From assembly GCA_030704615.1 (NCBI GenBank), contig CM060733.1:16802001-16866000 (forward strand): a DNA stretch of 64,000 nucleotides, in the 5' to 3' direction. Positions 61,901-64,000 of this stretch are shown here, in pieces (position 1 is the stretch's first letter; every line of letters starts with the position of its first letter). This DNA comes from Takakia lepidozioides (taxonomy: Eukaryota; Plantae; Bryophyta). The notes under the pieces were generated by a model. The model worked only from the letters and a program-made list of their open reading frames with translations, was not told where the DNA came from and did no database searches. The translations under genes and the position numbers were made by a program.

Positions 61901-63490
61901 GAAAAAGTTAACCTTGCAAAAACACTGCCTCGTGGCAGCAGGTGTGATCGATCATGGATTTAATGGTGAAGTGCGGATTTTGATTGCTATCCCCGAGCGT
62001 ATACCTGTTCATGTGCGGAAGGGGCAGGTGCTAGCAAGACTTTCTGCCGTCCCTCTCTCAGAATTAGCTTCGGTTCAGCGTGCCTTGTCACCCCAAGACA
62101 TAGGGCTTATTGACAGCCCCCTGGATCAGCTGCAATCATTTGCTGCTCACCAAAGTGCCCCTGCTTGCCCAGCGCTTTCCCCTGCCCAGGAGCCTCATTT
62201 CCAACAAGTCCTCACAGACATCAAGGTGGGTGATCATCTTACCCCTGCCGAAAAAAACATGATCTTCATCTGTTTATTCGCAACAATCTAGATATGTTTA
62301 GCCAGGGCCCTCATGATCTTGGCAAGACTGACATTCTGCAGCATGATATAGTCACTGAAGGCTCCCCTGTCAAGCACGCATATAGGGAGAGTGTCCGCGA
62401 GCACAAGATTATCCAAGAGGAAATCACTCGCATGCTTGACGCAGGCGTGATCACTCCCTCCATTTCTCCATGGGCAAGTTGTCCCATTGTTTTGGTCGGT
62501 AAGAAGGATGGCTCCACTCGATTCAGTGTTGACTTTCGCCGATTGAATGCTAGTACTAAACGTGATGTGTACCCTCTTCCTCGCATTAATGAGACCTTAG
62601 ATCAGCTCAACGGTGCCACAATTTTTTCGTCCCTAGATCTGGCAGCTGGCTTCTGGCAAGTTCCTCTCACTTCTGCTACCAAAGAAAAAACTGCTTTTAC
62701 CTGTAGGATGGGTATATATCAGTGTGAGACTATGCCGTTTGGGCTTTGTAATGCCACAGCCACGTTTCAGCGGCTAATGGATGTAGTGTTAGGCAACCTC
62801 AGACGGGAATGTGCCCTTGTTTATATAGATGACATCAATGTTTACTCTACTACCTTCGAAGCTCATCTGTTGGACTTGCAAAGGGTGGTGTGTAGACTTC
62901 ATGTTGCCCAACTTAAAGTCAAAGCAAAAAAGTGTGACTTGGATTAGGCTCATATTATCGCCGATTCATCTTTCAATTTGCAAAGATTGCTGCTGCATTG
63001 ACTAGGCTTTTGTCTAAAGATGTGAGATTTTGCTTGGGCCTCGCTGAAACATCTGCCTTTGAGAAACTCAAGGTTGCCTTGACATCTGCCCCTGTTCTTG
63101 CTTACCCCGATTTCACCTTACTTTTTCTCTTACAGACTGATGCCAGTGATTTGGCCATCTCTGCAGTCCTCAGCCAAGTTCATGATGGGCAGGAGCATGC
63201 GGTGGCCTATGCCTCTCGGTGCTTAGACAAACATGACCGCAACTATTCCATCACTGACAAAGAAGGCTTAGCGGTTATCTTTGGTGTTAAGTGTTTTCGT
63301 CAGTACCTTCATGGTTGCCCGTTTGTCTTTGAGACTGATCACCTTCCATTGAAAACATTGCTTACTCCTAGGAAACTGACTGGGAGGTAGGCAAGGTGGG
63401 CTCTGATTTTACAGGCCTATGATTTCAAGATTACTTACAAGCGTGGCAAGGACAATGTTAATGCTGATGCCCTTACCCGGGGGGAAACCA
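58992..63490 (+). mobile_element. Ty3/Gypsy element: extra ORF - gag - PR - dUTPase-like - RT - RNaseH (degenerate, integrase missing)
   Basis: Extra ORF 58992-59894; gag from 59913 with knuckle CMICKSTEHYTRRC; PR IIDTGWTIS; dUTPase-like AGVIDHGFNGEV; RT SPWAS, LDLAAGFWQ, MPFGLCNA, YIDD; RNaseH QTDASDLAISAVL, ETDHLPL. Confidence 0.9.
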
Positions 63491-64000
63491 AGTGAGCAAC
63501 CCCTTATACCAGCCTTGATGACTTACTTCTTGTTTCCTCCCCCCCCCAGCTCAAACTGCTTCAGCTTCTGCTGTTACTGACCCAGTGGCACTATGTCACC
63601 TTTTGGATTTTCCTTATGTCCCTGCCGATTTACTTGACGCTTGGGATCTAGCTCAATTTGATGTTCATTAAGTTTGCCACTGGTACTAGCCTGCATTAAG
63701 TGTGGTAGACCCACAGTAGGGATCAGTCAGTCCCTTACCTGCGCCTGGTTCATTTTTCTCCAAATCTGTTGCCTGTTTTTGTTTCTTGACCAAGGGACAG
63801 AGCCGTTCATTAAGGCCTTCATACACCTTCATAGGCAGCCTTTTGAAAGGATGTCAGAAGTTATGAAGGGAAGAACACGGGGGCGGCCACTGCTGTGTGG
63901 CCATGAAGGTTGTAAACATGGATAACCCACTTTACGAAGCTCTCCTCCATAGGTGCAAAGCCGACACCCACTTACGTGGCATATCCAAGCTACTTATGAG

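Overview
Eukaryotic, intron-containing land-plant DNA. A non-seed plant such as a bryophyte is likely; this is inferred from the TE types and PLS-PPR style and is not proven. Three intact host genes are visible: an intronless ALS3/STAR2 ABC-transporter membrane subunit (4325-5158 +), a 4-exon class III peroxidase (8137-6176 -) and a 4-exon phospholipase D alpha (54105-49207 -). Between the peroxidase and PLD lies about 38 kb of nested transposons. (1) A Ty3/Gypsy element carries a DNMT3-like cytosine methyltransferase between protease and RT (11650-17050 -). Its RNaseH-integrase half appears to lie on the opposite strand (21318-37770). (2) A 14.5 kb hAT element (22887-37399, 8-bp TSD) sits inside that integrase. 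It carries a RING-H2 gene, a protein kinase gene, three arrays of GCGACCGCC/GGCGGTCGC palindromes and a long foldback. (3) A 6.2 kb non-autonomous CACTA (37771-43967, TSD CAT) is packed with PLS-PPR and EF-Tu gene fragments. (4) Chromovirus remnants follow. Near the end of the window a Gypsy element has a conserved extra ORF upstream of gag and a degenerate dUTPase between PR and RT; a diverged relative sits at about 47.1-48.3 kb. All TE coding regions carry stops or frameshifts. Coordinates were read by eye.
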